Below are positions 15,359 through 17,942 of a stretch of DNA of 17,942 nt, piece after piece. The position numbers and the translations under genes are program-made. The notes beneath the pieces are model-generated. The model saw only the letters and a list, made by a program, of their open reading frames with translations, made no database searches and had not been told where the DNA came from. How positions within the stretch are numbered: position 1 is the stretch's first letter; every line of letters begins with the position of its first letter. Origin of the DNA: an uncultured Alcaligenaceae bacterium (GTDB lineage Bacteria; Planctomycetota; Planctomycetia; Gemmatales; Gemmataceae); assembly GCA_964552815.1 (NCBI GenBank), contig CAZKIQ010000067.1:1-17942 (forward strand), read 5' to 3'.

Positions 15359-15898
15359 ATGGACACCTTCTACCTCGTTTGCTTTGCCATCGGCGGCACG
15401 GTGATGCTGGCTCAGATGGTTCTGACCATCATCGGAATCGGGGAAGCTCACACCGACGCCGACTTCGACGCCCCGGATGACCACGACGCGAGCTGGTTTT
15501 TCGGCGTGCTCAGTATCCGGGCGATGGTCGCATCGCTGACGTTCTTCGGGCTCGGCGGGCTCTCCGCGGGGTACTACCACGCGGAGGAACCGGCCCGATT
15601 CGCCGCCGCTTCCGCTGCCGCCCTGGCGAGCCTCTACGGCGTTTCCCTCGTGATGCGGCAGCTCGGGAAACTCAAGTCGGACGGAACCGCTCGCCTGGCC
15701 AATGCGGTCGGGGGGACGGGGACCGTCTACCTCCGCATTCCCGCCGGCAAAACCGGGCATGGGAAGGTGACCCTGACGATCCAATCGCGATCGGTGGAAG
15801 TCGCCGCCATCACGCTCGGCCCGGAAATCCCGACCGGAACGCCGGTCACCGTCATCGCCGTCCCCTCGCCCGACACCGTGGAAGTGATCGCGGCGTGA
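15359..15898 (+). CDS. NfeD-like (YuaF/YqiJ-type) membrane protein, the flotillin partner.
   Basis: Two N-terminal TM helices plus an acidic linker are followed by a C-terminal OB-fold-like beta domain (GTGTVYLRIPAGKTGHGKVTLTIQSRSVEVAAI...). It lies immediately upstream of the flotillin gene, which is the classical pairing. Confidence 0.75.
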   Translation: MDTFYLVCFAIGGTVMLAQMVLTIIGIGEAHTDADFDAPDDHDASWFFGVLSIRAMVASLTFFGLGGLSAGYYHAEEPARFAAASAAALASLYGVSLVMRQLGKLKSDGTARLANAVGGTGTVYLRIPAGKTGHGKVTLTIQSRSVEVAAITLGPEIPTGTPVTVIAVPSPDTVEVIAA

Positions 15899-15972
15899 TC
15901 GGATTCTGACGGCTCGACTTCGCTCCCGGACGGATCCGCCCGCTCTTCCCGTCCTTTTTTCTGGAGCCCACA

Positions 15973-17766
15973 ATGCCCTCTGCTTCTGGATCTGGCTTTC
16001 CCGTCCCGCTCTTTGCCCAAACCCGGACCAAGGCGGCGACGCCGGAAGCCGGTCCTGCGAAGGAATCGGAATCGAGCTGGATCCCCTGGCCGCTCGTTGC
16101 CGCGGTGATGTTCGCCGCCGTCCTCTTCTCCTTCGTCCTGCTGCTGATCCAGCGGTACAAACGGTGCCCGTCCAACCGGGTGCTCGTCATTTACGGGAAA
16201 ACCGGCGGCGGTAACGCGGCCAAGTGTGTCCACGGCGGCGCCGCATTCGTCCTCCCCCTCGTCCAGGACTACGAGTACCTCAGCCTCGAACCGATCCAGA
16301 TCGAGATTCCCCTCAAGGGGGCACTCTCGATGGAGAACATCCGCGTCAACGTGCCGAGCGTCTTCACCGTCGCCGTCGGCACGGACATGATCACGATGCA
16401 GAACGCGGCCATCCGTCTGCTCGGGCTCACCACCCAGGAAGTGAAGCAGCAGGCCGGCGACATCATTTTCGGCCAGCTTCGCCAGGTCATCGCCTCGATG
16501 AAGATCGAGGACATCAACCGCGACCGGGACAAGTTCCTGGAAAACATCCAGAAGTCGCTCGAACCGGAGTTGCAGAAGATCGGCCTCGTTCTGATCAACG
16601 TCAACATCACAGACATCACCGACGAGTCCGGGTACATCGAGGCGATCGGCCGGAAGGCGGCCTCCACCGCGATCCAGCAGGCGAAGGTCGACGTCGCCGA
16701 GCAGGAGAAACGCGGGCAGATCGGGGTCGCGGAGGCCGAGCGCGAACGGGCCGTCTCCGTCGCAAACGCCACCAAACTGCGGGAAATCGGCACCCGCGAA
16801 GCCACCCGCGAACAGGCCATCCGCGTCGCCCAGCTCGAAAAAGAACGCTCCGTCGGCGAGCAATCCGCACTGCTCGAACAGGAAGCGCTCATCAAGGAAA
16901 CCCAGCGTCAGCAGGCGATCCGCATCGCCGAGCTCGACCGGGACCAGAAAGTCGGGGAGCAACAGGCCGCTTTCGAGCGGGAAGCCCGGATCGCCGAGGC
17001 GGAGCGGGACAAACGGGTCCGACTCGCCGACGCCAACGCAAGTGCAGTGACCGGGGAAGCCGTCGCTCAGGCGACCGTCGCCGACGCCCAGGCCACCCTC
17101 GCCGTCCGCAAAGCGGAGGCGTACCAGGTTTCCGAGACGAAGAAACGCGAGGCGGAAGCCGCCGTGCTGGAGGCCCAGAACAAGGCGATGGCCAAGGCCG
17201 CCCTCGCCGAGGCGGACAAGGTCGAGGCCGAGAAACGGGCGATCCTGGAAGCACCCGCAAAGGCCGAGAAAGCCCGCACCATTGTCGAAGCCGAAGCCGC
17301 CGCCGAGAAAGCCAAGCTCGCCGCCCTGGCCGAGGCCGCAGCCATCTACGCCAAGCTCGAAGCCGAGGCCCGCGGCCAGTACGAGATCCTCGCCAAGAAG
17401 GGGGAGGGTCTCCGCAGCGTCATCGAGGCCTGCGGTTCCCCCCAAGCCGCCTTCCAGCTCCTGATGCTCGAACACCTCGATTCCCTCGCCGAGGCGTCCG
17501 CGAAGGCGATCTCGAACATCAAGTTCGACAAGGTCGTCGTCTGGGACACCGGCGGGAAAGGGGACGGCTCGGGGTCCAACACCGCCGAGTTCCTGCAGAA
17601 CATGGCCCGCGTCATGCCCCCGATGCTGCAGGTCATGAAGGATGTCGGCGGGGTGGAAGTGCCCGATTACTTCGCGAAACTGACCAACTCCGTCCCGGAC
17701 GTGACACCGCCGGCCCACACGAAGGAAACCAACGGAACCGCCCCGTCGCGAACGGGTGGGAGCTGA
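15973..17766 (+). CDS. Flotillin (SPFH/band-7 domain, FloT/YuaG-like) with a long Ala/Glu-rich coiled-coil region.
   Basis: An N-terminal TM helix is followed by an SPFH domain (RVLVIYGKTGGG...VHGGAAFVLPLVQDYEYLSLEPIQIEIPLKGALSMENIRVNVPSVFTVAV...). Extensive EA-repeat heptads follow (AEAERERAVSVANA...AEKAKLAALAEAAAIYAKLEAEARGQ). The SD GGAG sits at -10. Confidence 0.95.
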   Translation: MPSASGSGFPVPLFAQTRTKAATPEAGPAKESESSWIPWPLVAAVMFAAVLFSFVLLLIQRYKRCPSNRVLVIYGKTGGGNAAKCVHGGAAFVLPLVQDYEYLSLEPIQIEIPLKGALSMENIRVNVPSVFTVAVGTDMITMQNAAIRLLGLTTQEVKQQAGDIIFGQLRQVIASMKIEDINRDRDKFLENIQKSLEPELQKIGLVLINVNITDITDESGYIEAIGRKAASTAIQQAKVDVAEQEKRGQIGVAEAERERAVSVANATKLREIGTREATREQAIRVAQLEKERSVGEQSALLEQEALIKETQRQQAIRIAELDRDQKVGEQQAAFEREARIAEAERDKRVRLADANASAVTGEAVAQATVADAQATLAVRKAEAYQVSETKKREAEAAVLEAQNKAMAKAALAEADKVEAEKRAILEAPAKAEKARTIVEAEAAAEKAKLAALAEAAAIYAKLEAEARGQYEILAKKGEGLRSVIEACGSPQAAFQLLMLEHLDSLAEASAKAISNIKFDKVVVWDTGGKGDGSGSNTAEFLQNMARVMPPMLQVMKDVGGVEVPDYFAKLTNSVPDVTPPAHTKETNGTAPSRTGGS

Positions 17767-17796
17767 CGCAGGGCAACCAGTTCCGGGCCGTCCGCC

Positions 17797-17916
17797 TCAG
17801 CGACGGCTCGGAACCGGTGCCGGCCGATCGATGTCCTTGTTCTTCCCCTTCTCGCCGCTCCCGCACCCGAGCAGCAAGCAAACCCCGGCCGCCAGGAGCC
17901 AAGTTCGAATCGCCAT
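17797..17916 (-). CDS. Possible small lipoprotein of 39 aa: MAIRTWLLAAGVCLLLGCGSGEKGKNKDIDRPAPVPSRR.
   Basis: ATG with an upstream GGGGGTG SD. The hydrophobic signal ends in an L-L-G-C lipobox-like motif. It is convergent with the flotillin gene and is not in the track because it is under 60 aa. Confidence 0.3.
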   Translation of the reverse strand: MAIRTWLLAAGVCLLLGCGSGEKGKNKDIDRPAPVPSRR

Positions 17917-17942
17917 TGTGCTGCACCCCCTGGAAAAACCAA

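Overview
This is a high-GC (~65-70%) chromosomal segment whose gene content and codon usage suggest Planctomycetota; that taxonomic call is inference. Most of the window is ordinary housekeeping and envelope genes. Reading 5' to 3': a partial secreted protein on the minus strand, chorismate synthase (aroC), a DUF58 protein, a small secreted protein, a Gfo/Idh/MocA oxidoreductase, a Gly/Thr-rich BON-domain secreted protein, a lipoprotein with a HesB/IscA-like domain, a KUP-like 12-TM transporter, a sugar-phosphate isomerase plus GT2 glycosyltransferase operon, and a divergent NfeD-flotillin operon.

The unusual part is 3.7-7.6 kb. It holds a 5'-truncated IS110-family transposase remnant and, immediately beside it, four small unrelated genes on the minus strand (about 4850-7229). 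These genes are separated by three homologous intergenic elements of about 97 nt, each an imperfect palindrome. The terminal 7-mers of these elements (GTT.../...AAC) are complementary cassette-by-cassette rather than within one element. That pattern is the signature of integron gene cassettes with attC sites, and no integrase is present in the window (a CALIN-like array). One cassette encodes a clear SMI1/KNR4 (SUKH-1) immunity-type protein with no toxin partner in the window.

Many of the long ORFs in the six-frame track are antisense or off-frame artefacts of the high GC and are not annotated. Coordinates I derived by hand counting may be off by 1-2 nt.
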